DNA of 64,000 nt from the human T2T-CHM13v2.0 reference genome, Homo sapiens: NCBI RefSeq assembly GCF_009914755.1, contig NC_060941.1; one strand, written 5' to 3'. This document shows, in pieces, positions 11,601-26,600 of the stretch. A model generated the notes under the pieces. It did no database searches. It was given only the letters and a program-made list of their open reading frames with translations, and had not been told where the DNA came from. Position numbers and translations under genes: made by a program. How positions within the stretch are numbered: position 1 is the first letter of the stretch; each line of letters starts with the position of its first letter.

Positions 11601-14600
11601 CTTTTTGTAGGATCTGCAAGTGGATATTTGGACCACTCTGTGGCCTTCGTTCGAAACGGGTACATCTTCGCATAAAATCTAGACAGAAGCCTTCTCAGAA
11701 ACTTCTCTGTGATGATTGCATTCAACTCACAGAGTTGAACCCTCCTATGGATAGAGCAGTGTTGAAACTCTCTTTTTGTGGAATCTGCAAGTGGATATGT
11801 GGACCTCTCCGAAGATGTCTTTGGAAACGGGAATATCTTCACATAAAAACTAAACAGAAGCATTCTCAGAAACTTCTCTGTGATGTTTGTGTTCAACTCC
11901 CAGAGTTTCACATTGCTTTTCATAGAGTAGTTCTGAAACATGCTTTTCGTAGTGTCTACAAGTGGACATTTGGAGCGCTTTCAGGCCTGTGGTGGAAAAC
12001 GAATTATGGTCACATAAAAACTGGAGAGAAGCATTGTCAGAAACTTCTTTGTGATGATTGCATTCAACTCACAGAGTTGAAGGTTCCTTTTCAAAGAGCA
12101 GTTTCCAATCACTCTTTGTGTGGAATCTGCAAGTGGATATTTGGACCTATTTTGAAGATTTCGTTGGAAACGGGAGAATCTTCACAGGAAAGCTAAACAG
12201 AAGCATTCTCAGAAACTTCTTTGTGATGCTTGCATTCAACTCACAGAGTTGAACTTTCCTTTCGAGAGAGAAGCTTTGAAACACTCTTTTTCCAGAATCT
12301 GCAAGTGGACATTTGGAGGGCTTTGAGGCCTGTGGTGGAAAAGGAATTATCTTCCCGTAAAAGCTAGATAGAAGCATTCTCAGAAACTACTTTGTGATGA
12401 TTGCATTCAAGTCACAGAGTTGAACATTCCCTTTGACAGAGCAGTTTGGAAACTCTCTTTGTGTAGAATCTGCAAGTGGAGATATGGACCGCTTTGAGGC
12501 CTATGGTAGTAAAGGAAATAGCTTCATATAAAAGCTAGACAGTAGCATTCACAGAAAACTCTTGGTGACGACTGAGTTTAACTCACAGAGCTGAACATTC
12601 CTTTGGATGGAGCAGTTTCGAAACACACTATTTGTAGAATGTGCAAGTGGATATTTAGGCCTCTCTGAGGATTTCGTTGGAAACGGGATAAACCGCACAG
12701 AACTAAACAGAAGCATTCTCAGAACCTTCTTCGTGATGTTTGCATTCAACTCACAGTGTTGAACCTTTCTTTGATAGTTCAGGTTTGAAACGGTCTTTCT
12801 GCAGAAACTGCAAGTAGATATTTGGACCGCTCTGAGGATTTCGTTGGAAACGGGATAACCCGCACAGAACTAAAACAGAAGCATTCTCAGAACCCTCTTC
12901 GTGATGTTTGCATTCAACTCACAGTGCTGAACCTTTCTTTGATAGTTCAGCTTTGAAACACTCTTTTTGTAGAAACTGCAAGTGGATATTTGGTCCTCTC
13001 TGAGGAATTCGTTGGAAACGGGATAAACTGCACAGAACTAAACAGAAGCATTCTCAGAACCTTCTTCGTGATGTCTGCATTCAACTCACAGTGTGGAACC
13101 TTTCTTTGATAGTTGAGGTTTGAAACACTCTTTTTGTAGAAACTGCAAGGGGATAATTGCACTCTTTGAGGAGTACCGTAGTAAAGGAAATAACTTCCTA
13201 TAAAAAGAAGACAGAAGCTTTCTCAGAAAATTCTTTGGGATGATTGAGTTGAACTCACAGAGCTGAGCATTCCTTGCGATGTAGCAGTTTAGAAACACAC
13301 TTTCTGCAGAATCTGCAAGTGCATATTTGGACCTCTGTGAGGAATTCGTTGGAAACGGGATAATTTCAGCTGACTAAACAGAAGCAGTCTCAGAATCTTC
13401 TTTGTGATGTTTGCATTCAAATCCCCGAGTTGAACTTTCCTTTCAAAGTTCACGTTTGAAACACTCTTTTTGCAGGATCTACAAGTGGATATTTGGACCA
13501 CTCTGTGTCCTTCGTTCGAAACGGGTATATCTTCACATGACATCTAGACAGAAGCATCCTCAGAAGCTTCTCTGTGATGACTGCATTCAACTCACGGAGT
13601 TGAACACTCCTTTTGAGAGCGCAGTTTTGAAACTCTCTTTCTGTGGCATCTGCAAGGGGACATGTAGACCTCTTTGAAGATTTCGTTGGAAACGGAATCA
13701 TCTTCACATAAAAACTACACAGATGCATTCTCAGGAACTTTTTGGTGATGTTTGTATTCAACTCCCAGAGTTGAACTTTCCTTTGGAAAGAGCAGCTATG
13801 AAACACTCTTTTTCTAGAATCTGCAAGTGGACGTTTGGAGGGCTTTGTGGTTTGTGGTGGAAAAGGAAATATCTTCACCTAAATACTAGATAGAAGCATT
13901 CTCAGAAACTGCTTTGTGATGATTGCATTCACCTCACAGAGTTGAACATTCCTCTTGATAGAGCAGTTTGGAAACACTCTTGTTGTGGAATGTGCAAGTG
14001 GAGATTTGGAGCGCTTTGAGGCCTATGGTAGTAAAGGGAATAGCTTCATAGAAAAACTAGACAGAAGCATTCTCAGAAAATACTTTGTGATGATTGAGTT
14101 TAACTCACAGAGCTGAACATTCCTTTGGATGGTGCAGGTTTGAGACACACTTTTTGTAGAATCTACAAGTGGATATTTGGACCTCTCTGAGGATTTCGTT
14201 GGAAACGGGATAACTGCACCTAACTAAACGGAAGCATTCTCAGAAACTTCTTGGTGATGTTTGCATTCAAATCCCAGAGTTGAACCTTCCTTTGATAGTT
14301 CAGGTTTGAAACACTCTTTTTGTAGGATCTGCAAGTGGATATTTGGACCACTCTGTGGCCTTCGTTCGAAACGGGTACATCTTCGCATAAAATCTAGACA
14401 GAAGCCTTCTCAGAAACTTCTCTGTGATGATTGCATTCAACTCACAGAGTTGAACCCTCCTATGGATAGAGCAGTGTTGAAACTCTCTTTTTGTGGAATC
14501 TGCAAGTGGATATGTGGACCTCTCCGAAGATGTCTTTGGAAACGGGAATATCTTCACATAAAAACTAAACAGAAGCATTCTCAGAAACTTCTCTGTGATG

Positions 14601-17600
14601 TTTGTGTTCAACTCCCAGAGTTTCACATTGCTTTTCATAGAGTAGTTCTGAAACATGCTTTTCGTAGTGTCTACAAGTGGACATTTGGAGCGCTTTCAGG
14701 CCTGTGGTGGAAAACGAATTATGGTCACATAAAAACTGGAGAGAAGCATTGTCAGAAACTTCTTTGTGATGATTGCATTCAACTCACAGAGTTGAAGGTT
14801 CCTTTTCAAAGAGCAGTTTCCAATCACTCTTTGTGTGGAATCTGCAAGTGGATATTTGGACCTATTTTGAAGATTTCGTTGGAAACGGGAGAATCTTCAC
14901 AGGAAAGCTAAACAGAAGCATTCTCAGAAACTTCTTTGTGATGCTTGCATTCAACTCACAGAGTTGAACTTTCCTTTCGAGAGAGAAGCTTTGAAACACT
15001 CTTTTTCCAGAATCTGCAAGTGGACATTTGGAGGGCTTTGAGGCCTGTGGTGGAAAAGGAATTATCTTCCCGTAAAAGCTAGATAGAAGCATTCTCAGAA
15101 ACTACTTTGTGATGATTGCATTCAAGTCACAGAGTTGAACATTCCCTTTGACAGAGCAGTTTGGAAACTCTCTTTGTGTAGAATCTGCAAGTGGAGATAT
15201 GGACCGCTTTGAGGCCTATGGTAGTAAAGGAAATAGCTTCATATAAAAGCTAGACAGTAGCATTCACAGAAAACTCTTGGTGACGACTGAGTTTAACTCA
15301 CAGAGCTGAACATTCCTTTGGATGGAGCAGTTTCGAAACACACTATTTGTAGAATGTGCAAGTGGATATTTAGGCCTCTCTGAGGATTTCGTTGGAAACG
15401 GGATAAACCGCACAGAACTAAACAGAAGCATTCTCAGAACCTTCTTCGTGATGTTTGCATTCAACTCACAGTGTTGAACCTTTCTTTGATAGTTCAGGTT
15501 TGAAACGGTCTTTCTGCAGAAACTGCAAGTAGATATTTGGACCGCTCTGAGGATTTCGTTGGAAACGGGATAACCCGCACAGAACTAAAACAGAAGCATT
15601 CTCAGAACCCTCTTCGTGATGTTTGCATTCAACTCACAGTGCTGAACCTTTCTTTGATAGTTCAGCTTTGAAACACTCTTTTTGTAGAAACTGCAAGTGG
15701 ATATTTGGTCCTCTCTGAGGAATTCGTTGGAAACGGGATAAACTGCACAGAACTAAACAGAAGCATTCTCAGAACCTTCTTCGTGATGTCTGCATTCAAC
15801 TCACAGTGTGGAACCTTTCTTTGATAGTTGAGGTTTGAAACACTCTTTTTGTAGAAACTGCAAGGGGATAATTGCACTCTTTGAGGAGTACCGTAGTAAA
15901 GGAAATAACTTCCTATAAAAAGAAGACAGAAGCTTTCTCAGAAAATTCTTTGGGATGATTGAGTTGAACTCACAGAGCTGAGCATTCCTTGCGATGTAGC
16001 AGTTTAGAAACACACTTTCTGCAGAATCTGCAAGTGCATATTTGGACCTCTGTGAGGAATTCGTTGGAAACGGGATAATTTCAGCTGACTAAACAGAAGC
16101 AGTCTCAGAATCTTCTTTGTGATGTTTGCATTCAAATCCCCGAGTTGAACTTTCCTTTCAAAGTTCACGTTTGAAACACTCTTTTTGCAGGATCTACAAG
16201 TGGATATTTGGACCACTCTGTGTCCTTCGTTCGAAACGGGTATATCTTCACATGACATCTAGACAGAAGCATCCTCAGAAGCTTCTCTGTGATGACTGCA
16301 TTCAACTCACGGAGTTGAACACTCCTTTTGAGAGCGCAGTTTTGAAACTCTCTTTCTGTGGCATCTGCAAGGGGACATGTAGACCTCTTTGAAGATTTCG
16401 TTGGAAACGGAATCATCTTCACATAAAAACTATACAGATGCATTCTCAGGAACTTTTTGGTGATGTTTGTATTCAACTCCCAGAGTTGAACTTTCCTTTG
16501 GAAAGAGCAGCTATGAAACACTGTTTTTCTAGAATCTGCAAGTGGACGTTTGGAGGGCTTTGTGGTTTGTGGTGGAAAAGGAAATATCTTCACCTAAATA
16601 CTAGATAGAAGCATTCTCAGAAACTGCTTTGTGATGATTGCATTCACCTCACAGAGTTGAACATTCCTATTGATAGAGCAGTTTGGAAACACTCTTGTTG
16701 TGGAATGTGCAAGTGGAGATTTGGAGCGCTTTGAGGCCTATGGTAGTAAAGGGAATAGCTTCATAGAAAAACTAGACAGAAGCATTCTCAGAAAATACTT
16801 TGTGATGATTGAGTTTAACTCACAGAGCTGAACATTCCTTTGGATGGAGCAGGTTTGAGACACACCTTTTGTAGAATCTACAAGTGGATATTTGGACCTC
16901 TCTGAGGATTTCGTTGGAAACGGGATAACTGCACCTAACTAAACGGAAGCATTCTCAGAAACTTCTTGGTGATGTTTGCATTCAAATCCCAGAGTTGAAC
17001 CTTCCTTTGATAGTTCAGGTTTGAAACACTCTTTTTGTAGGATCTGCAAGTGGATATTTGGACCACTCTGTGGCCTTCGTTCGAAACGGGTATATCTTCG
17101 CATAAAATCTAGACAGAAGCCTTCTCAGAAACTTCTCTGTGATGATTGCATTCAACTCACAGAGTTGAACCCTCCTATGGATAGAGCAGTGTTGAAACTC
17201 TCTTTTTGTGGAATCTGCAAGTGGATATGTGGACCTCTCCGAAGATGTCTTTGGAAACGGGAATATCTTCACATAAAAACTAAACAGAAGCATTCTCAGA
17301 AACTTCTCTGTGATGTTTGTGTTCAACTCCCAGAGTTTCACATTGCTTTTCATAGAGTAGTTCTGAAACATGCTTTTCGTAGTGTCTACAAGTGGACATT
17401 TGGAGCGCTTTCAGGCCTGTGGTGGAAAACGAATTATGGTCACATAAAAACTGGAGAGAAGCATTGTCAGAAACTTCTTTGTGATGATTGCATTCAACTC
17501 ACAGAGTTGAAGGTTCCTTTTCAAAGAGCAGTTTCCAATCACTCTTTCTGTGGAATCTGCAAGTGGATATTTGGACCTATTTTGAAGATTTCGTTGGAAA

Positions 17601-20600
17601 CGGGAGAATCTTCACAGGAAAGCTAAACAGAAGCATTCTCAGAAACTTCTTTGTGATGCTTGCATTCAACTCACAGAGTTGAACTTTCCTTTCGAGAGAG
17701 AAGCTTTGAAACACTCTTTTTCCAGAATCTGCAAGTGGACATTTGGAGGGCTTTGAGGCCTGTGGTGGAAAAGGAATTATCTTCCCGTAAAAGCTAGATA
17801 GAAGCATTCTCAGAAACTACTTTGTGATGATTGCATTCAAGTCACAGAGTTGAACATTCCCTTTGACAGAGCAGTTTGGAAACTCTCTTTGTGTAGAATC
17901 TGCAAGTGGAGATATGGACCGCTTTGAGGCCTATGGTAGTAAAGGAAATAGCTTCATATAAAAGCTAGACAGTAGCATTCACAGAAAACTCTTGGTGACG
18001 ACTGAGTTTAACTCACAGAGCTGAACATTCCTTTGGATGGAGCAGTTTCGAAACACACTATTTGTAGAATGTGCAAGTGGATATTTAGGCCTCTCTGAGG
18101 ATTTCGTTGGAAACGGGATAAACCGCACAGAACTAAACAGAAGCATTCTCAGAACCTTCTTCGTGATGTTTGCATTCAACTCACAGTGTTGAACCTTTCT
18201 TTGATAGTTCAGGTTTGAAACGGTCTTTCTGCAGGAACTGCAAGTAGATATTTGGACCGCTCTGAGGATTTCGTTGGAAACGGGATAACCCGCACAGAAC
18301 TAAAACAGAAGCATTCTCAGAACCCTCTTCGTGATGTTTGCATTCAACTCACAGTGCTGAACCTTTCTTTGATAGTTCAGCTTTGAAACACTCTTTTTGT
18401 AGAAACTGCAAGTGGATATTTGGTCCTCTCTGAGGATTTCGTTGGAAACGGGATAAACTGCACAGAACTAAACAGAAGAATTCTCAGAACCTTCTTCGTG
18501 ATGTCTGCATTCAACTCACAGTGTGGAACCTTTCTTTGATAGTTCAGGTTTGAAACACTCTTTTTGTAGAAACTGCAAGGGGATAATTGCACTCTTTGAG
18601 GAGTACCGTAGTAAAGGAAATAACTTCCTATAAAAAGAAGACAGAAGCTTTCTCAGAAAATTCTTTGGGATGATTGAGTTGAACTCACAGAGCTGAGCAT
18701 TCCTTGCGATGTAGCAGTTTAGAAACACACTTTCTGCAGAATCTGCAAGTGCATATTTGGACCTCTGTGAGGAATTCGTTGGAAACGGGATAATTTCAGC
18801 TGACTAAACAGAAGCAGTCTCAGAATCTTCTTTGTGATGTTTGCATTCAAATCCCCGAGTTGAACTTTCCTTTCAAAGTTCACGTTTGAAACACTCTTTT
18901 TGCAGGATCTACAAGTGGATATTTGGACCACTCTGTGTCCTTCGTTCGAAACGGGTATATCTTCACATGACATCTAGACAGAAGCATCCTCAGAAGCTTC
19001 TCTGTGATGACTGCATTCAACTCACGGAGTTGAACACTCCTTTTGAGAGCGCAGTTTTGAAACTCTCTTTCTGTGGCATCTGCAAGGGGACATGTAGACC
19101 TCTTTGAAGATTTCGTTGGAAACGGAATCATCTTCACATAAAAACTATACAGATGCATTCTCAGGAACTTTTTGGTGATGTTTGTATTCAACTCCCAGAG
19201 TTGAACTTTCCTTTGGAAAGAGCAGCTATGAAACACTGTTTTTCTAGAATCTGCAAGTGGACGTTTGGAGGGCTTTGTGGTTTGTGGTGGAAAAGGAAAT
19301 ATCTTCACCTAAATACTAGATAGAAGCATTCTCAGAAACTGCTTTGTGATGATTGCATTCACCTCACAGAGTTGAACATTCCTATTGATAGAGCAGTTTG
19401 GAAACACTCTTGTTGTGGAATGTGCAAGTGGAGATTTGGAGCGCTTTGAGGCCTATGGTAGTAAAGGGAATAGCTTCATAGAAAAACTAGACAGAAGCAT
19501 TCTCAGAAAATACTTTGTGATGATTGAGTTTAACTCACAGAGCTGAACATTCCTTTGGATGGAGCAGGTTTGAGACACACCTTTTGTAGAATCTACAAGT
19601 GGATATTTGGACCTCTCTGAGGATTTCGTTGGAAACGGGATAACTGCACCTAACTAAACGGAAGCATTCTCAGAAACTTCTTGGTGATGTTTGCATTCAA
19701 ATCCCAGAGTTGAACCTTCCTTTGATAGTTCAGGTTTGAAACACTCTTTTTGTAGGATCTGCAAGTGGATATTTGGACCACTCTGTGGCCTTCGTTCGAA
19801 ACGGGTATATCTTCGCATAAAATCTAGACAGAAGCCTTCTCAGAAACTTCTCTGTGATGATTGCATTCAACTCACAGAGTTGAACCCTCCTATGGATAGA
19901 GCAGTGTTGAAACTCTCTTTTTGTGGAATCTGCAAGTGGATATGTGGACCTCTCCGAAGATGTCTTTGGAAACGGGAATATCTTCACATAAAAACTAAAC
20001 AGAAGCATTCTCAGAAACTTCTCTGTGATGTTTGTGTTCAACTCCCAGAGTTTCACATTGCTTTTCATAGAGTAGTTCTGAAACATGCTTTTCGTAGTGT
20101 CTACAAGTGGACATTTGGAGCGCTTTCAGGCCTGTGGTGGAAAACGAATTATGGTCACATAAAAACTGGAGAGAAGCATTGTCAGAAACTTCTTTGTGAT
20201 GATTGCATTCAACTCACAGAGTTGAAGGTTCCTTTTCAAAGAGCAGTTTCCAATCACTCTTTCTGTGGAATCTGCAAGTGGATATTTGGACCTATTTTGA
20301 AGATTTCGTTGGAAACGGGAGAATCTTCACAGGAAAGCTAAACAGAAGCATTCTCAGAAACTTCTTTGTGATGCTTGCATTCAACTCACAGAGTTGAACT
20401 TTCCTTTCGAGAGAGAAGCTTTGAAACACTCTTTTTCCAGAATCTGCAAGTGGACATTTGGAGGGCTTTGAGGCCTGTGGTGGAAAAGGAATTATCTTCC
20501 CGTAAAAGCTAGATAGAAGCATTCTCAGAAACTACTTTGTGATGATTGCATTCAAGTCACAGAGTTGAACATTCCCTTTGACAGAGCAGTTTGGAAACTC

Positions 20601-23600
20601 TCTTTGTGTAGAATCTGCAAGTGGAGATATGGACCGCTTTGAGGCCTATGGTAGTAAAGGAAATAGCTTCATATAAAAGCTAGACAGTAGCATTCACAGA
20701 AAACTCTTGGTGACGACTGAGTTTAACTCACAGAGCTGAACATTCCTTTGGATGGAGCAGTTTCGAAACACACTATTTGTAGAATGTGCAAGTGGATATT
20801 TAGGCCTCTCTGAGGATTTCGTTGGAAACGGGATAAACCGCACAGAACTAAACAGAAGCATTCTCAGAACCTTCTTCGTGATGTTTGCATTCAACTCACA
20901 GTGTTGAACCTTTCTTTGATAGTTCAGGTTTGAAACGGTCTTTCTGTAGAAACTGCAAGTAGATATTTGGACCTCTCTGAGGATTTCGTTGGAAACGGGA
21001 TAACCCGCACAGAACTAAAACAGAAGCATTCTCAGAACCCTCTTCGTGATGTTTGCATTCAACTCACAGTGCTGAACCTTTCTTTGATAGTTCAGCTTTG
21101 AAACACTCTTTTTGTAGAAACTGCAAGTGGATATTTGGTCCTCTCTGAGCATTTCGTTGGAAACGGGATAAACTGCACAGAACTAAACAGAAGCATTCTC
21201 AGAACCTTCTTCGTGATGTCTGCATTCAACTCACAGTGTGGAACCTTTCTTTGATAGTTCAGGTTTGAAACACTCTTTTTGTAGAAACTGCAAGGGGATA
21301 ATTGCACTCTTTGAGGAGTACCGTAGTAAAGGAAATAACTTCCTATAAAAAGAAGACAGAAGCTTTCTCAGAAAATTCTTTGGGATGATTGAGTTGAACT
21401 CACAGAGCTGAGCATTCCTTGCGATGTAGCAGTTTAGAAACACACTTTCTGCAGAATCTGCAAGTGCATATTTGGACCTCTGTGAGGAATTCGTTGGAAA
21501 CGGGATAATTTCAGCTGACTAAACAGAAGCAGTCTCAGAATCTTCTTTGTGATGTTTGCATTCAAATCCCCGAGTTGAACTTTCCTTTCAAAGTTCACGT
21601 TTGAAACACTCTTTTTGCAGGATCTACAAGTGGATATTTGGACCACTCTGTGTCCTTCGTTCGAAACGGGTATATCTTCACATGACATCTAGACAGAAGC
21701 ATCCTCAGAAGCTTCTCTGTGATGACTGCATTCAACTCACGGAGTTGAACACTCCTTTTGAGAGCGCAGTTTTGAAACTCTCTTTCTGTGGCATCTGCAA
21801 GGGGACATGTAGACCTCTTTGAAGATTTCGTTGGAAACGGAATCATCTTCACATAAAAACTACACAGATGCATTCTCAGGAACTTTTTGGTGATGTTTGT
21901 ATTCAACTCCCAGAGTTGAACTTTCCTTTGGAAAGAGCAGCTATGAAACACTCTTTTTCTAGAATCTGCAAGTGGACGTTTGGAGGGCTTTGTGGTTTGT
22001 GGTGGAAAAGGAAATATCTTCACCTAAATACTAGATAGAAGCATTCTCAGAAACTGCTTTGTGATGATTGCATTCACCTCACAGAGTTGAACATTCCTAT
22101 TGATAGAGCAGTTTGGAAACACTCTTGTTGTGGAATGTGCAAGTGGAGATTTGGAGCGCTTTGAGGCCTATGGTAGTAAAGGGAATAGCTTCATAGAAAA
22201 ACTAGACAGAAGCATTCTCAGAAAATACTTTGTGATGATTGAGTTTAACTCACAGAGCTGAACATTCCTTTGGATGGTGCAGGTTTGAGACACACTTTTT
22301 GTAGAATCTACAAGTGGATATTTGGACCTCTCTGAGGATTTCGTTGGAAACGGGATAACTGCACCTAACTAAACGGAAGCATTCTCAGAAACTTCTTGGT
22401 GATGTTTGCATTCAAATCCCAGAGTTGAACCTTCCTTTGATAGTTCAGGTTTGAAACACTCTTTTTGTAGGATCTGCAAGTGGATATTTGGACCACTCTG
22501 TGGCCTTCGTTCGAAACGGGTATATCTTCGCATAAAATCTAGACAGAAGCCTTCTCAGAAACTTCTCTGTGATGATTGCATTCAACTCACAGAGTTGAAC
22601 CCTCCTATGGATAGAGCAGTGTTGAAACTCTCTTTTTGTGGAATCTGCAAGTGGATATGTGGACCTCTCCGAAGATGTCTTTGGAAACGGGAATATCTTC
22701 ACATAAAAACTAAACAGAAGCATTCTCAGAAACTTCTCTGTGATGTTTGTGTTCAACTCCCAGAGTTTCACATTGCTTTTCATAGAGTAGTTCTGAAACA
22801 TGCTTTTCGTAGTGTCTACAAGTGGACATTTGGAGCGCTTTCAGGCCTGTGGTGGAAAACGAATTATGGTCACATAAAAACTGGAGAGAAGCATTGTCAG
22901 AAACTTCTTTGTGATGATTGCATTCAACTCACAGAGTTGAAGGTTCCTTTTCAAAGAGCAGTTTCCAATCACTCTTTCTGTGGAATCTGCAAGTGGATAT
23001 TTGGACCTATTTTGAAGATTTCGTTGGAAACGGGAGAATCTTCACAGGAAAGCTAAACAGAAGCATTCTCAGAAACTTCTTTGTGATGCTTGCATTCAAC
23101 TCACAGAGTTGAACTTTCCTTTCGAGAGAGAAGCTTTGAAACACTCTTTTTCCAGAATCTGCAAGTGGACATTTGGAGGGCTTTGAGGCCTGTGGTGGAA
23201 AAGGAATTATCTTCCCGTAAAAGCTAGATAGAAGCATTCTCAGAAACTACTTTGTGATGATTGCATTCAAGTCACAGAGTTGAACATTCCCTTTGACAGA
23301 GCAGTTTGGAAACTCTCTTTGTGTAGAATCTGCAAGTGGAGATATGGACCGCTTTGAGGCCTATGGTAGTAAAGGAAATAGCTTCATATAAAAGCTAGAC
23401 AGTAGCATTCACAGAAAACTCTTGGTGACGACTGAGTTTAACTCACAGAGCTGAACATTCCTTTGGATGGAGCAGTTTCGAAACACACTATTTGTAGAAT
23501 GTGCAAGTGGATATTTAGGCCTCTCTGAGGATTTCGTTGGAAACGGGATAAACCGCACAGAACTAAACAGAAGCATTCTCAGAACCTTCTTCGTGATGTT

Positions 23601-26600
23601 TGCATTCAACTCACAGTGTTGAACCTTTCTTTGATAGTTCAGGTTTGAAACGGTCTTTCTGCAGGAACTGCAAGTAGATATTTGGACCGCTCTGAGGATG
23701 TCGTTGGAAACGGGATAACCCGCACAGAACTAAAACAGAAGCATTCTCAGAACCCTCTTCGTGATGTTTGCATTCAACTCACAGTGCTGAACCTTTCTTT
23801 GATAGTTCAGCTTTGAAACACTCTTTTTGTAGAAACTGCAAGTGGATATTTGGTCCTCTCTGAGGATTTCGTTGGAAACGGGATAAACTGCACAGAACTA
23901 AACAGAAGCATTCTCAGAACCTTCTTCGTGATGTCTGCATTCAACTCACAGTGTGGAACCTTTCTTTGATAGTTCAGGTTTGAAACACTCTTTTTGTAGA
24001 AACTGCAAGGGGATAATTGCACTCTTTGAGGAGTACCGTAGTAAAGGAAATAACTTCCTATAAAAAGAAGACAGAAGCTTTCTCAGAAAATTCTTTGGGA
24101 TGATTGAGTTGAACTCACAGAGCTGAGCATTCCTTGCGATGTAGCAGTTTAGAAACACACTTTCTGCAGAATCTGCAAGTGCATATTTGGACCTCTGTGA
24201 GGAATTCGTTGGAAACGGGATAATTTCAGCTGACTAAACAGAAGCAGTCTCAGAATCTTCTTTGTGATGTTTGCATTCAAATCCCCGAGTTGAACTTTCC
24301 TTTCAAAGTTCACGTTTGAAACACTCTTTTTGCAGGATCTACAAGTGGATATTTGGACCACTCTGTGTCCTTCGTTCGAAACGGGTATATCTTCACATGA
24401 CATCTAGACAGAAGCATCCTCAGAAGCTTCTCTGTGATGACTGCATTCAACTCACGGAGTTGAACACTCCTTTTGAGAGCGCAGTTTTGAAACTCTCTTT
24501 CTGTGGCATCTGCAAGGGGACATGTAGACCTCTTTGAAGATTTCGTTGGAAACGGAATCATCTTCACATAAAAACTATACAGATGCATTCTCAGGAACTT
24601 TTTGGTGATGTTTGTATTCAACTCCCAGAGTTGAACTTTCCTTTGGAAAGAGCAGCTATGAAACACTCTTTTTCTAGAATCTGCAAGTGGACGTTTGGAG
24701 GGCTTTGTGGTTTGTGGTGGAAAAGGAAATATCTTCACCTAAATACTAGATAGAAGCATTCTCAGAAACTGCTTTGTGATGATTGCATTCACCTCACAGA
24801 GTTGAACATTCCTATTGATAGAGCAGTTTGGAAACACTCTTGTTGTGGAATGTGCAAGTGGAGATTTGGAGCGCTTTGAGGCCTATGGTAGTAAAGGGAA
24901 TAGCTTCATAGAAAAACTAGACAGAAGCATTCTCAGAAAATACTTTGTGATGATTGAGTTTAACTCACAGAGCTGAACATTCCTTTGGATGGAGCAGGTT
25001 TGAGACACACCTTTTGTAGAATCTACAAGTGGATATTTGGACCTCTCTGAGGATTTCGTTGGAAACGGGATAACTGCACCTAACTAAACGGAAGCATTCT
25101 CAGAAACTTCTTGGTGATGTTTGCATTCAAATCCCAGAGTTGAACCTTCCTTTGATAGTTCAGGTTTGAAACACTCTTTTTGTAGGATCTGCAAGTGGAT
25201 ATTTGGACCACTCTGTGGCCTTCGTTCGAAACGGGTATATCTTCGCATAAAATCTAGACAGAAGCCTTCTCAGAAACTTCTCTGTGATGATTGCATTCAA
25301 CTCACAGAGTTGAACCCTCCTATGGATAGAGCAGTGTTGAAACTCTCTTTTTGTGGAATCTGCAAGTGGATATGTGGACCTCTCCGAAGATGTCTTTGGA
25401 AACGGGAATATCTTCACATAAAAACTAAACAGAAGCATTCTCAGAAACTTCTCTGTGATGTTTGTGTTCAACTCCCAGAGTTTCACATTGCTTTTCATAG
25501 AGTAGTTCTGAAACATGCTTTTCGTAGTGTCTACAAGTGGACATTTGGAGCGCTTTCAGGCCTGTGGTGGAAAACGAATTATGGTCACATAAAAACTGGA
25601 GAGAAGCATTGTCAGAAACTTCTTTGTGATGATTGCATTCAACTCACAGAGTTGAAGGTTCCTTTTCAAAGAGCAGTTTCCAATCACTCTTTCTGTGGAA
25701 TCTGCAAGTGGATATTTGGACCTATTTTGAAGATTTCGTTGGAAACGGGAGAATCTTCACAGGAAAGCTAAACAGAAGCATTCTCAGAAACTTCTTTGTG
25801 ATGCTTGCATTCAACTCACAGAGTTGAACTTTCCTTTCGAGAGAGAAGCTTTGAAACACTCTTTTTCCAGAATCTGCAAGTGGACATTTGGAGGGCTTTG
25901 AGGCCTGTGGTGGAAAAGGAATTATCTTCCCGTAAAAGCTAGATAGAAGCATTCTCAGAAACTACTTTGTGATGATTGCATTCAAGTCACAGAGTTGAAC
26001 ATTCCCTTTGACAGAGCAGTTTGGAAACTCTCTTTGTGTAGAATCTGCAAGTGGAGATATGGACCGCTTTGAGGCCTATGGTAGTAAAGGAAATAGCTTC
26101 ATATAAAAGCTAGACAGTAGCATTCACAGAAAACTCTTGGTGACGACTGAGTTTAACTCACAGAGCTGAACATTCCTTTGGATGGAGCAGTTTCGAAACA
26201 CACTATTTGTAGAATGTGCAAGTGGATATTTAGGCCTCTCTGAGGATTTCGTTGGAAACGGGATAAACCGCACAGAACTAAACAGAAGCATTCTCAGAAC
26301 CTTCTTCGTGATGTTTGCATTCAACTCACAGTGTTGAACCTTTCTTTGATAGTTCAGGTTTGAAACGGTCTTTCTGCAGGAACTGCAAGTAGATATTTGG
26401 ACCGCTCTGAGGATGTCGTTGGAAACGGGATAACCCGCACAGAACTAAAACAGAAGCATTCTCAGAACCCTCTTCGTGATGTTTGCATTCAACTCACAGT
26501 GCTGAACCTTTCTTTGATAGTTCAGCTTTGAAACACTCTTTTTGTAGAAACTGCAAGTGGATATTTGGTCCTCTCTGAGGATTTCGTTGGAAACGGGATA

